A DNA stretch of 64,000 nt, from the IMG/VR virus record IMGVR_UViG_3300029305_005870, one strand, 5' to 3'. Shown piece by piece: positions 8,740 through 20,009 of this stretch (positions within the stretch are counted from its first letter, which is position 1; every line of letters starts with the position of its first letter). The translations under genes and the position numbers were made by a program. The DNA is from a virus. Lineage: Duplodnaviria; Caudoviricetes. Under the pieces are notes generated by a model that did not search any database, was not told the origin of the DNA, and saw nothing but the letters and a program-made list of their open reading frames with translations.

Positions 8740-9757
8740 AATTTGTTTTATGATTTTTTCTGTATTTCTTTTTTCTACGTCTATTTGCTTTCATAAAGTC
8801 ATTTTTATGTTCTTTATATCATTTAATACCTTTTTGAGCTGCTTTCTTTCTAGCTTTAATAGCTTTTCCTTTTGAAGTAAAATCTCCTAAATAAGTTCTT
8901 TTACCATCTATTTCTATATAAGCTCTTCATTTATTATAAGCTTCTCCTCTATATTTACTTACAAAATAAACACCTGTATATCCAGAAGTATTACTTGATA
9001 ATTTTTTATTTCCTTTATATAAACCATTTATAGTATCTAGTTTAGATTCAATGTTAGTATCTGAACAAATACAAGAACCATATTTATCTGGATCACTTAC
9101 AAGATTACTTAAAAATACTTTCTTTTCTCTACCACAATTAGTACATCTTGTGTGAGCAAATAATCTAGAATCTCTATATTTTTTTCTTCTATAAATATTT
9201 AAAATTTTTTGTTGATTAAAAGTTTTCTTTTGAAGTTTATCTAATTCATCATCAGTATAAGTTTCTGTAATAGCATTATTTTTAATACATATATAAACTT
9301 CATCAAATCCTTTTAATGATGTATCCCAATCTCTAAAAATAGTTCATCCATTTCTATCTAAACTAAAGTTTTCATCTTGTATGTCTGCAAGTGAAATATT
9401 TTTTCCAAATCTTGTAGTTCTACATTTGAATTTATCTTTTCCTATATTATTTAAAGCATTGATAAATTTATTTAAAGGATAAATTCCAGGTAATCCATTT
9501 TTCATTTGATTTTCAAATTCAAAATTATCAATTAATTCGATATTTGAATAATCATCACCTAAAGATTCATTTAAAGAATTTAAACTAATAATTAAAGTGT
9601 TGTCATCTTTAGTATATGAAATATTATTTTTATCTAAAATATCTAAAGCATCTTCATAATCAATATGAGATTCAAAATAGAAATTTCCTTTTTCATAATT
9701 AATATCTATAAAATTATCATCAAACAATTCAAAAACAGTATCTTCAATATTGTACAT
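8738..9757 (-). CDS. AP2-domain DNA-binding protein with Zn knuckle and acidic N-terminal domains (339 aa)
   Basis: Read through TGA: CTNC...CIC...NTSGYTGVYF...NKW(TGA)RAYIEIDGKRTYLGDF.....AIKAR. Confidence 0.85.
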
Positions 9758-9793
9758 AGATAGTTATCTCCTTTTTAAGAATATTATCTATAT

Positions 9794-9801
9794 AATTTAG
9801 C
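9794..9801 (-). promoter_or_regulatory. GCTAAATT late-promoter-like motif (one of 13 intergenic copies)
   Basis: Also at 12739, 16503, 21479, 23038, 31753, 33647, 42210, 44775, 51337, 52649, 54806 and 55851, each 26-51 nt upstream of a minus-strand start codon. Confidence 0.8.
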
Positions 9802-9805
9802 TGAA

Positions 9806-10846
9806 TTATAAAGTTTCAATAAAAGATTTATCTATAAATCTATTTAAATTTCTAATACCTGACTTAAATCCATAAGAATTAAATTCAGATAAAAGATATA
9901 AAGAGAAATTAAAGTCATTTAATCTATTTTTATTAAATAAAGATTTCACATTAGAATTTCTATTATAAGTTATTCTTTCTAAAATGTTTTTTACATCTAC
10001 AGGAATTTTTTCAACATTTTTAAAAGAAATATATCCATTAGCTGAATCACATGACTTCAATAGTTTACCTTCTTCATTTAAATCAGGTTTTCTTATTTTT
10101 TGGTTTCCAAAATCTTTATAATAGGAAAGTCTTCCTGAACCTCTTCCACCTTCTATAGCATATAATCTAATACTATAAATATTATCACTTATCCAATTCA
10201 TTAACTTTTGTTTTTCAATTGAATTTAAATAAATAGATATTTTTTCTTTTATATTATCTACTCTATTTTTATTTTTTGAAATTATAATATTTTCAGATTC
10301 TAATTTTTTATGTTTCTTAATTTCTGAATTAAAATCTAAATTAATTTTTTCTTCTTTTTCTTTATATAATCTTTTATATTCTTTTTGTAAATTAACTAAT
10401 TTAGATTCAATTAAATTTAATTTATCTTCTAATTTCATAAAATATTTTTCTCTTATATTTTTAGGATATAATTGGTTAAATTCATATCTATCATATAATT
10501 CTAAAAAACGATTTAAAGTTATAGGTTTCCATAAATTAGTTGTAAATGATTTTGTAAATTTACATACTACATAAATATTATTTGATTTCTCATAAACATT
10601 AAATATCATGCAATTACGTTCTTTAGAATTTTTAAAATAAATTCGATTGTACTTAAAAATTTCAATTATTTTATTTTTCGAAAGAAGTTGAATTGCATAA
10701 CTATTTTTATTTAAAATATTATTTTCAATTAAGTTTAAAATTCTATTTTTATAATTATTTAATTCACATATTTCCTTTTCTACATCTTCTAAAGGATTTC
10801 CTAATACTTCAAATTTTGCTTTGTTAAAAATTGCTTCACTTACCAT
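9806..10846 (-). CDS. Hypothetical basic coiled-coil protein (346 aa)
   Basis: AAGGAGG RBS and upstream TTGTATTAT motif. Confidence 0.75.
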   Translation of the reverse strand: MVSEAIFNKAKFEVLGNPLEDVEKEICELNNYKNRILNLIENNILNKNSYAIQLLSKNKIIEIFKYNRIYFKNSKERNCMIFNVYEKSNNIYVVCKFTKSFTTNLWKPITLNRFLELYDRYEFNQLYPKNIREKYFMKLEDKLNLIESKLVNLQKEYKRLYKEKEEKINLDFNSEIKKHKKLESENIIISKNKNRVDNIKEKISIYLNSIEKQKLMNWISDNIYSIRLYAIEGGRGSGRLSYYKDFGNQKIRKPDLNEEGKLLKSCDSANGYISFKNVEKIPVDVKNILERITYNRNSNVKSLFNKNRLNDFNFSLYLLSEFNSYGFKSGIRNLNRFIDKSFIETL

Positions 10847-10889
10847 ATGAAAACCTCCTTAAAGTAATTTATTCTATAATACAATTATT

Positions 10890-10920
10890 ACATAAAAAAA
10901 AGAACCTCCGAAGAGGTTCT
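10890..10920 (-). terminator. Intrinsic terminator, copy 1 of a duplicated element
   Basis: agaacctc-cgaa-gaggttct plus A8 (U-tract on the minus strand). Confidence 0.85.
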
Positions 10921-10939
10921 AATTTATTCTTTTTTTAAA

Positions 10940-11752
10940 TTAAATTACTAAAATATATTCTTTGCTTGCATTATTTAAATGAGATTTATTAGAAATTTCT
11001 TCTACTATGTATTTTTTATACTTTTCTGTTTTATCTACTATAAAAACATATTTATTACATTTATAATTCTTTAGGCAGATATCTATTCATTCATCACATT
11101 CAAAAGGCGCTATGCTCATATTCCAATTTTCTTTTTCTCCGTAAGGAGGACATGTAAATAAACATTCATATTTTCCTTTACAACCTAAAGAATTTTTATT
11201 TGTTATAGTTATATTCTGCAAATTTAAATTATGTATAAGATTATTAGATTCTTTTATAGTAATAGGATTTATATCTTGTCCTATATATTTCTTATTTAAA
11301 CTAGAAGCTCCCAATAATCTTCCAGAATAACCACTAAAAGGATCAAAAATTTCATCATATTCTTTTAGATATTTATTAATTATATATTTAGCTAAATAAG
11401 GTCTGAAAATTGAAACTTTAGGTGCAATTCCTGATATACTAAATCCTTTTAATATATCTTTAGGATATAATTTATCTCCTTTATATTTTAATCTATTTTC
11501 AATACATCTACATAATAACGTATCATTATGTCAAGCTTCATAAGGACTAACTTTTCCTTTTTTATTAGCTAATCACAAAGAAGGGTGATAATGATAAATT
11601 ATATCTAAACCTATAGTATTACTAGAATTCTTTAAATCTGTTAAATTACACAATTTTTTATATTCATTATATAAAATATTCGTATCTAACGTAAAATTAG
11701 GAAATCCGTTCAATTTACATTTATTTATATAATCAATAATTAAATTATTCAT
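10940..11752 (-). CDS. Amino (N6-A/N4-C) DNA methyltransferase (270 aa)
   Basis: Joins track ORFs across 3 TGA; SAM motif IFDPFSGYSGRLLG, catalytic FTCPPY. Confidence 0.85.
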
Positions 11753-12707
11753 ATAAATCACCTTCATTATAATATATTTTAAAGTTTAACTTGTTTTTTA
11801 TAAAGGTATTATATTTTTCAACATCTTTTACTGTTCAAATGTGAATAGCATTTTTAAAAAATTCAGATTGTTCAGCTTTTTCTTTCCATATATCTAAAAT
11901 TATATTATCTTCAAGATTTTCAGAGTTATATAAATGACCTCCATGAGTTCAATGTAAATTTAACTCAATAAATAAATCTTCTGAATCAATATAGAAATCA
12001 CATGAGAAAGGATATCTATTATCTTTATATTGTCTAAAAACATGATCTCTTCCATATTTTTGAACAAGATATTGATAGTATCTATCTTCAGGTTTACTTG
12101 TATTAAATGAATTATTTTCTGTTTTAGTTTTAATTACTTTATCTAAAATATCTTTATGATTAATTTCCCAAGCTACTTTATTTTTATTTCCTTTTAATTT
12201 ATAAAAATTTTCAAGTGAGCTATAATTTTTTAAAATAGTTTTTCTTGTTTTTTCTAAAACTTTTTTATAATATTCTTCACGATTATTTCCTTCTTTTGTT
12301 TTAATTCCTCTTTTAGAAGAAATTTTTCTATCTTTTTTAATATCATATTCTTTTAAAAGTTTATCAAAAGTTCATCCTGATAAGTTATAATATTCTTTCG
12401 TTTCTTTATATGAGTGATTCTCTATAATATAATATTTATATAATTCTTCTTTTGAAATTTTATTTAAAATATTATTGAAAGATCTGTTATTATATTCTTT
12501 ACTAAGAAGACTTCTCATTTTATTTTTATCTTGAATTAATTTATACTCTTTTATTAAAATATTTAATTTTTTATAATCAACGTTTAAGTTTTTAGCTATA
12601 GTAGATGCAGGTAAACATTCCTCTACATATAATTTATATAATATATCTTTTGTAACTATATTTCTAATATATTCTTTTTGTTTTTTACTTTTATTAGTTT
12701 GAGCCAT
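11745..12707 (-). CDS. PD-(D/E)xK / Vsr-like putative (homing) endonuclease with N-terminal HTH-like repeats (320 aa)
   Basis: SKPEDRYY...RQYKDNRYPFSCDFYI...LFIELNLHW(TGA)THGGH...IW(TGA)TVKDVEK. Confidence 0.8.
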
Positions 12708-12789
12708 ACTTTAAATCTCCTTAATTAATTATACAATTAATTTAGCACAAATATACAAGGTATATTTATTAATATGTCATAAATAAAAA

Positions 12790-12818
12790 ACATAAAAAAA
12801 GAACCTCCGAAGAGGTTC
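12790..12818 (-). terminator. Intrinsic terminator after the capsid gene, copy 2 of the duplicated element
   Basis: acataaaaaaagaacctccgaagaggttc, near-identical to 10890-10919. Confidence 0.85.
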
Positions 12819-12842
12819 AATTAATTATTTATTTTTTAAATA

Positions 12843-14162
12843 TTATTCACCAGTAGTCATTTTGATAACGCGTTCTTCGTTAACAACTTTACCACCAACT
12901 AGTAATGCATCATTTAATAATTTTAAATCATACATTGTAGCGAAACCTTGACTATTAGCACCATCTGCGAAGCCTAATGCTTGAGTTGGAACGATTGCCA
13001 TGTATGGAGCGTAAACTGCTGCTGAAGTGATCATGTCATCACCATTGTATCCTAAGAAGTAATCGCCAGCTGCTAATGCAGGAGAAACGAATACTTTAAT
13101 ACCATTTAATGAACCTGCGAAATAAGGACCATTGATCTTAGTTTGGTTAGCTGCTTTCCAACCTTCCATCATAGCTAAGATTGGTTTAACACTTGAACTT
13201 ACTACCATATAGTTAGCTGCATGTTTCTTAGTTCTATCATAAATGATTTGAGATGCTAACTCAATTACTTCTGCAAAACCAGCATAATGATCTCTCTTAG
13301 ATACACCTGCAGGTAATGCTTTATTGAATGTTAATTCATCAGCTTTTCTAGCATTCTTATATAATAATGTAACTACTTCAGTATCAATTTCATAAGATAA
13401 CTCAGCACAAGCTTGAGTAGCTAATACTTCACCTAAATCAATACCCATTTCAGTCTTAGCTTGGAATGCAGCCATTTGTGAATAATAAATAGCAATTCTA
13501 CGAGCTTTAGCTTCTAATGGAATACCAGTCATTCTTACATTTAATGTTGGAAGATCATGTTGAGGAATAACTACGTTGTCATAAACATAAGCAGCTTTAA
13601 CATAATCACCAGCTGTAATTTCGACACCTTCTTTTGCATCTTCAGCATCGATAACATCTTCAGTACCATCAGCTTTAATTAAACGTACATTACCATTTGG
13701 AGTCCATGCTGCTTTGAAAGTTGTAGCATCTGCTGCAATTGGTTCAACAACTGCACTAGAAGTATATTGTACTCTTTCTTCAGTCATGTCTCCTAACTTG
13801 AATGGATTATTGAATACATCATTTTGTTTAACTCCACCTTTGTTAGAACCAGCAATGAATTCCATGTATTGAACATAACCAGTTCTAGATTTCATTGGAT
13901 AAACTAATACTAATTCATTAGCAATTAAGTTAGGTAATGCAACTGTAGTTAAATCTAAACAGAATTTCTTATAAGTACTCATATTACCTAATTGAGTACC
14001 AGTTGTGTTAGCAAATGCTTCGTTTAAGAACTCACTTGTATTTGCTAATACTCTTGCGATTGCAATTTTCTTTGTGTTTGGTAATGCTCTACCACCATGC
14101 TCTTTTTCATATACTTTTTCAGAGATGGCTAATTTCTTTGAATAAGCTTCTACGATATTCAT
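12843..14162 (-). CDS. Major capsid protein, T4 gp23-like
   Basis: PNLIANELV.VYPM, EAKARR, ELSYEIDTEV, AAVYAPY motifs; strong codon bias. Confidence 0.93.
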   Translation of the reverse strand: MNIVEAYSKKLAISEKVYEKEHGGRALPNTKKIAIARVLANTSEFLNEAFANTTGTQLGNMSTYKKFCLDLTTVALPNLIANELVLVYPMKSRTGYVQYMEFIAGSNKGGVKQNDVFNNPFKLGDMTEERVQYTSSAVVEPIAADATTFKAAWTPNGNVRLIKADGTEDVIDAEDAKEGVEITAGDYVKAAYVYDNVVIPQHDLPTLNVRMTGIPLEAKARRIAIYYSQMAAFQAKTEMGIDLGEVLATQACAELSYEIDTEVVTLLYKNARKADELTFNKALPAGVSKRDHYAGFAEVIELASQIIYDRTKKHAANYMVVSSSVKPILAMMEGWKAANQTKINGPYFAGSLNGIKVFVSPALAAGDYFLGYNGDDMITSAAVYAPYMAIVPTQALGFADGANSQGFATMYDLKLLNDALLVGGKVVNEERVIKMTTGE

Positions 14163-14193
14163 AAATTTTTTCTCTCCTTAATTATTTTAATTT

Positions 14194-16461
14194 TTAAATA
14201 TTCGCTAGTCTAATTAATGAATCATCTACATCATCATCTTCAAATCTATTTTTTACAATAGTTGGTTTTTGAGCTGATTCATTAACCCTAACTGAAACAT
14301 GTTTCTTATCTAAATTGAACGGTAACTTAGTTACTTGAATTTGATAAGATTTTAAATCTTCACAAACTTGATCAACATCTTCAATAGTATAAGATTCACC
14401 TAATTTACGTTTAATATCTTTTGAAGTTAAACCTAATTTAGTTGCTTTTTCTTCAATATACTTATTTACTGCTTTAGTAGCTAAATTCTTATAGCTTTCT
14501 TTGATCTTAGTTGTTTTTGTAATGCTTTCATTTAATTTTGTGATGTTATTATTTAAAATAGTAATTTTATTTAATGCATCATTTTTATTTTGTTTTTCTT
14601 CAGTTAATTGTGTATTAAGTTCTTCAATATCTTTCTTGTACTTTTCATTTAAATTAACTAAATCTTCGTTAAGTGTTGAAATTTGTTTTGAATTTGATTT
14701 TAAACTTTCATTTAAACTATTAGATTCAACAACCATATCTTTTCTACTCTTAACTAATCTTGAAATTCTTAATTTTTGATTATTAATAATTTCATCTTTT
14801 TGTTTAACTGATTCTTCTAGTTTTTCACAAGTTTCTTTTAAAGACTTTGATGATTTAGCTACTTCACTTAATCTAGTAACCGCTTCTTTATAACGATTAC
14901 ATTCTTCATTTACTTTCTCAACTTTAGTATCACTAACTGCTAATTTTTCTTGAAGTGATTTTAAGTTTTCTTCTAAAGTCTTCTTTGTCTGTAAAGCTTC
15001 TTGCAGATTCTTAACTAATTGTACTGATCCATTATCTATGGCTTCATTTACTTCAGCTCCATCTTCACTAGCTTCAGTCTCTATATCTTCAGCTTGTTCA
15101 GCTTCAGAACTAATTTCATCTGAAGGAATTTCTTCAACAGGTGTTTCATCTGTTATAACTTCTTCTGTTTCATTTCCTTCAACAGGTGTTTCGCTTGATA
15201 CTTCAGTATCTTCTATATCTATTTCAAGAGTTGATAAAACTTCTTTAACTTTATCAATCTCAAAATTATTAACTAAATAATCTAAGAAAATCTCTTTATC
15301 AGATTTTTCTTCAACATCTTGTTCAATAGTTGTTTCAAAAGTTTCTTCTGAAGGAATAATATCCTCTGAATTTTCTGGTTCAATAGAATCTAATTCAACA
15401 TCAACTTCTGAAGGTATTTCTTCAGTATTTTCAATATTTTCTTCAGGAACTTCAATTTCTATTGAATCATCTTCAGATTCTTCATTTAATGTTTCTTCAA
15501 TTACAACATTATTATCTTCAGCAATTTCGTTTAAATCTTTTAAAATTACTACTTCAATTTTTCTATCTTTTAGATCATAAGGACCATAAATTTTTCCTGA
15601 AGGATAAACTCCAAATGAGAATGAGTTTTCTCCATCTTCATAAATATATAAATCCATTTGTTTTGAATAAGAATTAAAAACAGATTGACCTGCACCAAAA
15701 GATTCTATTCCAAAACACCAAGGAGCATTATATTTTTTAACTAATTTACAAGCTTCCTCAAATGTTTCTAATTTAGTACAATCTACTAACTTAACTTCTT
15801 TAGCTAATGATTCTTCGATTTTTAAATTTAAATTATTTAAAGTTTCTTTCATTATCTTCTTACCTTCTTCATCTTCTTTATTAAAGGTCTTTCTTAAAGC
15901 TTCAGTTAATTTAACTTTATTTTTAAATGATTCATTAACATACTTTAATCTTGCTTTTTCAACTCCAGGAATTAAAACTATATCCCAACACTCACATTCA
16001 TAAGTATCTGGATCTACCTCTTCATTTCCATTTATATCTGTTATAATATCACCTTGACCACGACTTGAAATAGCTAATGTAGAACCATAATCACATAATG
16101 TTTTTAAGATTCTACCATTAGGTGTATCTAAGATATCAAAACATGCTATTAATTGACCTTTATCATTTTTTACAGGTTGCTCAGCTAAACAAATAGCTAC
16201 TTTTTCAGGAACTATTTCTGATCTATCTGCTGGATGACCTAATTCACCATAACAAACTTTATTTTTAATTTTCTCTTGCATTATAGGATCATTAAAAACA
16301 TTTTCCCATAATTTTTCTGAGTACTTACGTCCGTTTCTTGTAGGATTAATGAAATCCGCACAAGGACCTACTAATCTTCCTAAGATTCCTTTAGCTTTCA
16401 TTTCTTCAGCTGTAAGTTTTTGGTAAGTAACTCCTTCATTAGTTCTAACTTTTTTAATCAT
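14194..16461 (-). CDS. Prohead protease (T4 gp21/S77-like) fused to an inserted WC domain, an acidic linker and a coiled-coil scaffold
   Basis: RNGRKY, GELGHP, DTPNGRIL, ISSRGQG, WDIV..PG; start at MIKKV after a GGAGG RBS. Confidence 0.9.
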   Translation of the reverse strand: MIKKVRTNEGVTYQKLTAEEMKAKGILGRLVGPCADFINPTRNGRKYSEKLWENVFNDPIMQEKIKNKVCYGELGHPADRSEIVPEKVAICLAEQPVKNDKGQLIACFDILDTPNGRILKTLCDYGSTLAISSRGQGDIITDINGNEEVDPDTYECECWDIVLIPGVEKARLKYVNESFKNKVKLTEALRKTFNKEDEEGKKIMKETLNNLNLKIEESLAKEVKLVDCTKLETFEEACKLVKKYNAPWCFGIESFGAGQSVFNSYSKQMDLYIYEDGENSFSFGVYPSGKIYGPYDLKDRKIEVVILKDLNEIAEDNNVVIEETLNEESEDDSIEIEVPEENIENTEEIPSEVDVELDSIEPENSEDIIPSEETFETTIEQDVEEKSDKEIFLDYLVNNFEIDKVKEVLSTLEIDIEDTEVSSETPVEGNETEEVITDETPVEEIPSDEISSEAEQAEDIETEASEDGAEVNEAIDNGSVQLVKNLQEALQTKKTLEENLKSLQEKLAVSDTKVEKVNEECNRYKEAVTRLSEVAKSSKSLKETCEKLEESVKQKDEIINNQKLRISRLVKSRKDMVVESNSLNESLKSNSKQISTLNEDLVNLNEKYKKDIEELNTQLTEEKQNKNDALNKITILNNNITKLNESITKTTKIKESYKNLATKAVNKYIEEKATKLGLTSKDIKRKLGESYTIEDVDQVCEDLKSYQIQVTKLPFNLDKKHVSVRVNESAQKPTIVKNRFEDDDVDDSLIRLANI

Positions 16462-16533
16462 AATGAGACAGTAACCTCCTATAAGATTTCCTTTAATCAA
16501 TTAATTTAGCTAATTATTATTTTGAAAATAAAT

Positions 16534-16560
16534 AAAAAGTACTAAATTTTAGTACTTTTT
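16534..16560. terminator. Intrinsic terminator
   Basis: aaaaagtactaa-att-ttagtacttttt. Confidence 0.7.
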
Positions 16561-16576
16561 ATAATATTTTATATAA

Positions 16577-18346
16577 TTATTCTGCAGGAATTTCATTTTC
16601 TAGTTCGTTAGTGTTTTCAACAAATGTATCTACGAAATCAATTATATTTAAAAGTTCCTCGTTTTCTTCGTATGAAACATCCTTATTATTCTTCCTTGAA
16701 GAATAATGTTTTAATTTAGAACTTAATTCTTGTAATTGAGTCATTAATTTTTTTCTTTCTTCATAACATTTAATAACTGCATTTTTAGTAGGATTATCTT
16801 CTTCTTCAATTCTTTGAATCTCGGTTTCTAAATTTAGAATTTCTGTTTCAGTTTCTTGTAATACTGTTTGTTGATCTCTTAAAGTTTGTCGTTTTTGTTC
16901 TAACTGTTGTTCTAATCTTTGAATCTCAACTTGACTTTGTGTTATCTCTCTTTGAACTGATTCTTTAAACGTTAATTGACCTTTTAATGTAGCTTTTATT
17001 TCATCTAATGTAGATTTAAATTCTGAACTATACTTTTTTCAAATATCTTCTAAAGTTAATCCTTCTAAGTTAATAATTGAATCTTCTAATTGTTTATAAT
17101 CTTTATAACATTTAGTTAAAAAAATTGCTTTATCTTTTAATCTATGTTTAAGAATAGCTTCTCTATCTGAAACATTAATAACTACTTTATTTAATATTTT
17201 TTTAACATCTTTACAAATCTGAATATATTCTCTAAGAGTTGCTTCATAGTTAAATTTATATTCTTCTAAAGTTTCTTCATCTATTTCATCTTGATTATTT
17301 AAATGTTTTAAAAAACCTTTAAATTCTAATAATTTTTTCTTCAATTTATCTTTTTCAATTAATTTATCATATAACTCACTACTTATTACATCGTACGTAT
17401 TTCTACTATGATCTCCAGTATCAAGAATATTTAGATGTGTAGACTTGTCTTTATATAGCTTATCTATTTCATATCATGCTACTTGTGTGTCATGCTTAAA
17501 TTTAGGAACTGTAATCTCTAAATCATTTACCAAACGCTTTTTTAAAATATTTTTAGTTGCATCTAATTTATCTTGAGTTAAATATCCTTTAGTAACTAAA
17601 TTATTTAAATACTCATCTACATAAGAAGTTAAATCACCGAAAGTTAATTTATGATCTACAATGTTTCTTGCTTCAGCATAAGCTATATTTCTTTCATCTG
17701 ACAGTACAGAAGTTATGTAATTTTTAAAATCAACTATATCAAGTACAGGTAGATAATTATCATATTCATTAGTTTTATATATTTTATCACAAATATCTAT
17801 AAGAATTACTATATCACCATAAGTTAAATTATTAGTTTCAATATGTCTATTACCTCTTGTAAAACCTAGATATCCTTTATCTTGAAACTTACTTAAAGGA
17901 ATACTTGTTTTAGGGTAAGTTAAACAAATTAAATTATCTTTTTCATCAAATCCATTTTCAAATTCAACTACACCACCATTAATTAAAAAACGTAATTGTC
18001 TTAATCTTGCTTCTAAATCTCTTCTTTTATATATTCTAGAAGCTCTACCTGAATTACTAAGAGAAATTCCTAAAAATTGCTTCGCTTCTTGCTTTGAAAT
18101 TTCTTCATAGGTTGAATTATAATAATCAACAGTAGTTTGTCTTCTATCTCAGGTTCTAGGTTTCTTCCCAGAAATATTACTAGTGTATTCATTATTATAA
18201 GAAGATTTATTTCCTCGACTATTTTTATATGCATTAATTAAATCTTTTGGAATATTTTCATTTAAATATTCCTCATTTAAATCTTCTTCTATATTTAAAT
18301 CCCAAATTCTTTTTAATTCTGGAAGAATATCTATCATTTCACTCAT
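16577..18346 (-). CDS. Hypothetical virion-internal protein, C-terminal coiled coil (589 aa)
   Basis: Joins 18149..18355 and 17039..17344 through 3 TGA; N-terminal LNEEYLNE. Confidence 0.8.
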
Positions 18347-18359
18347 ATTTATCACCTCA

Positions 18360-19994
18360 TTAAATTGCTCTTAAATGTCTAGGATTTCTTCATCAGAAAG
18401 CATCTTCTTTAGCTATCTGTAATTTAGCTCCTTCTCTGTTAAAAATCTCTTTTGGAATAGTAAATTTTAATCCTTGACTATTATGATTTTCGAAAGCTAA
18501 ATGTCCTATATATTTAATTGTTATAGGTAGAGCCACAGATCCTTTTAAATTACTACAATTCATAAAAGCACCTATTTCAATTATTTCTAGATTTTTAGGT
18601 AAAATCAGTTTTCTTAAATCGGAACATCCTGCGAAAGATCTTATTCCGATTCTCGTAACAGAATCTGCAAACTGAATTTCTTTTATAGAAGAGAAATTTT
18701 CAAAAGCACCATCAGGAATATTAGTTACTCCATCTTTTATAACTACTTTTCTAACTAACTGTGTAAGTCCTGAAGCTTTTATTTTATTTATATCTTCTAT
18801 AGATTCGAATTCTAAAGTTCCAATATTAGAACTTCCAGATAATAAATCATTTAAATCTTTAACCATAATATTTTTACATAAATCTTTATCTGCTATTACA
18901 ATTGGAATTAAATCGGGTTCTTTTAATAAAACAGATTTTAAAAATTCATCTTTTCTATTATAAAGGCTATTACTATTAGATGATATTGGATTTGAATCAA
19001 ATCCATTTAAAAATTCTAAATTTTCTCCTGTAGAACTTATATTTAATTGATAATTAATAGCTTTATTTTTTCTTTCAGTTTTGTGAATAAAGCAAATAAG
19101 TCTTCCTCTAGAATGATAATTATTGAAGAAGCTTATTCCATATCCAGTACACCAACTTAAATATCCTGAAGTTCCTTCTCCAGATCCTCCAATAACAACA
19201 TTATTAGCTAAATGAGATCAAACTTCTATTACATCATAATTTTTAGTACTTCCTAAAAGTTTAAAACTATCTTTTACCTTTAAGTTTGTTTGTGAATCTA
19301 CTCTTTCATCATTTTCTAGTTCTAATACTAAATTAGATTTAGGTCCAGCTAAAACATAATTTACAAAATCAGAAACACTTTCAAAATTACTTATAGATCT
19401 TTTATCTTGAGGATAACTTGACTTAAACTCTTCAAAATCTTCGATAGCTCTTTCTATTTGATTCTCAAGGTTTATAAAATCTGTTTCTCCTGCAAGATAT
19501 TTAGGAAGAAGAAGATTTTTAGCTACATCTCCTATTAATCCTTTTTCAATATTTGTTTTAGGATCCATTTTTAAAATTTTATTGAATGTTTCTCTATCAA
19601 TACTTGAATAATATTTATCATATATTTGAGTAAGTTTATCTGTTTTATTTTGAGTATTTAAATTTAAAGATTCAGGATTTTCTACATAATTTATAAATTC
19701 TCTTACAGTATTATTTTGAAATTCTCTTATATTTTTAATAGGATAAGAAGCTCTGTTTTTTATAAAAGCGTCAATTGCATTATAAACTTCTTCTCCATAA
19801 TTTAAAAATTCAGTATCTCCTTTCATATATCTTTGTAAAAGTAATCCTGAAGCATTAGGTCCTATTTTATCAGGTTCATTATTTACAAATTTAGTTTGAG
19901 GATCTAATTTTAAAATCTCAATAAAAGTCTCATAAGGAATTGAATTATAATGTTTTTCATAATCTTTTGTTACATCTTCAATTAAATTAGTCAT
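18360..19994 (-). CDS. Protein with a duplicated helical module, a WCT domain and BspA-type LRRs (544 aa)
   Basis: Joins 19218..19994 and 18393..18866; SWCTGYG..FFNNY; LRR_5 repeats (IPDGAFENF..IKEI, IGIRSFAGC..LRKL.LP). Confidence 0.85.
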
Positions 19995-20009
19995 TTATTT
20001 ATTCTCCTT

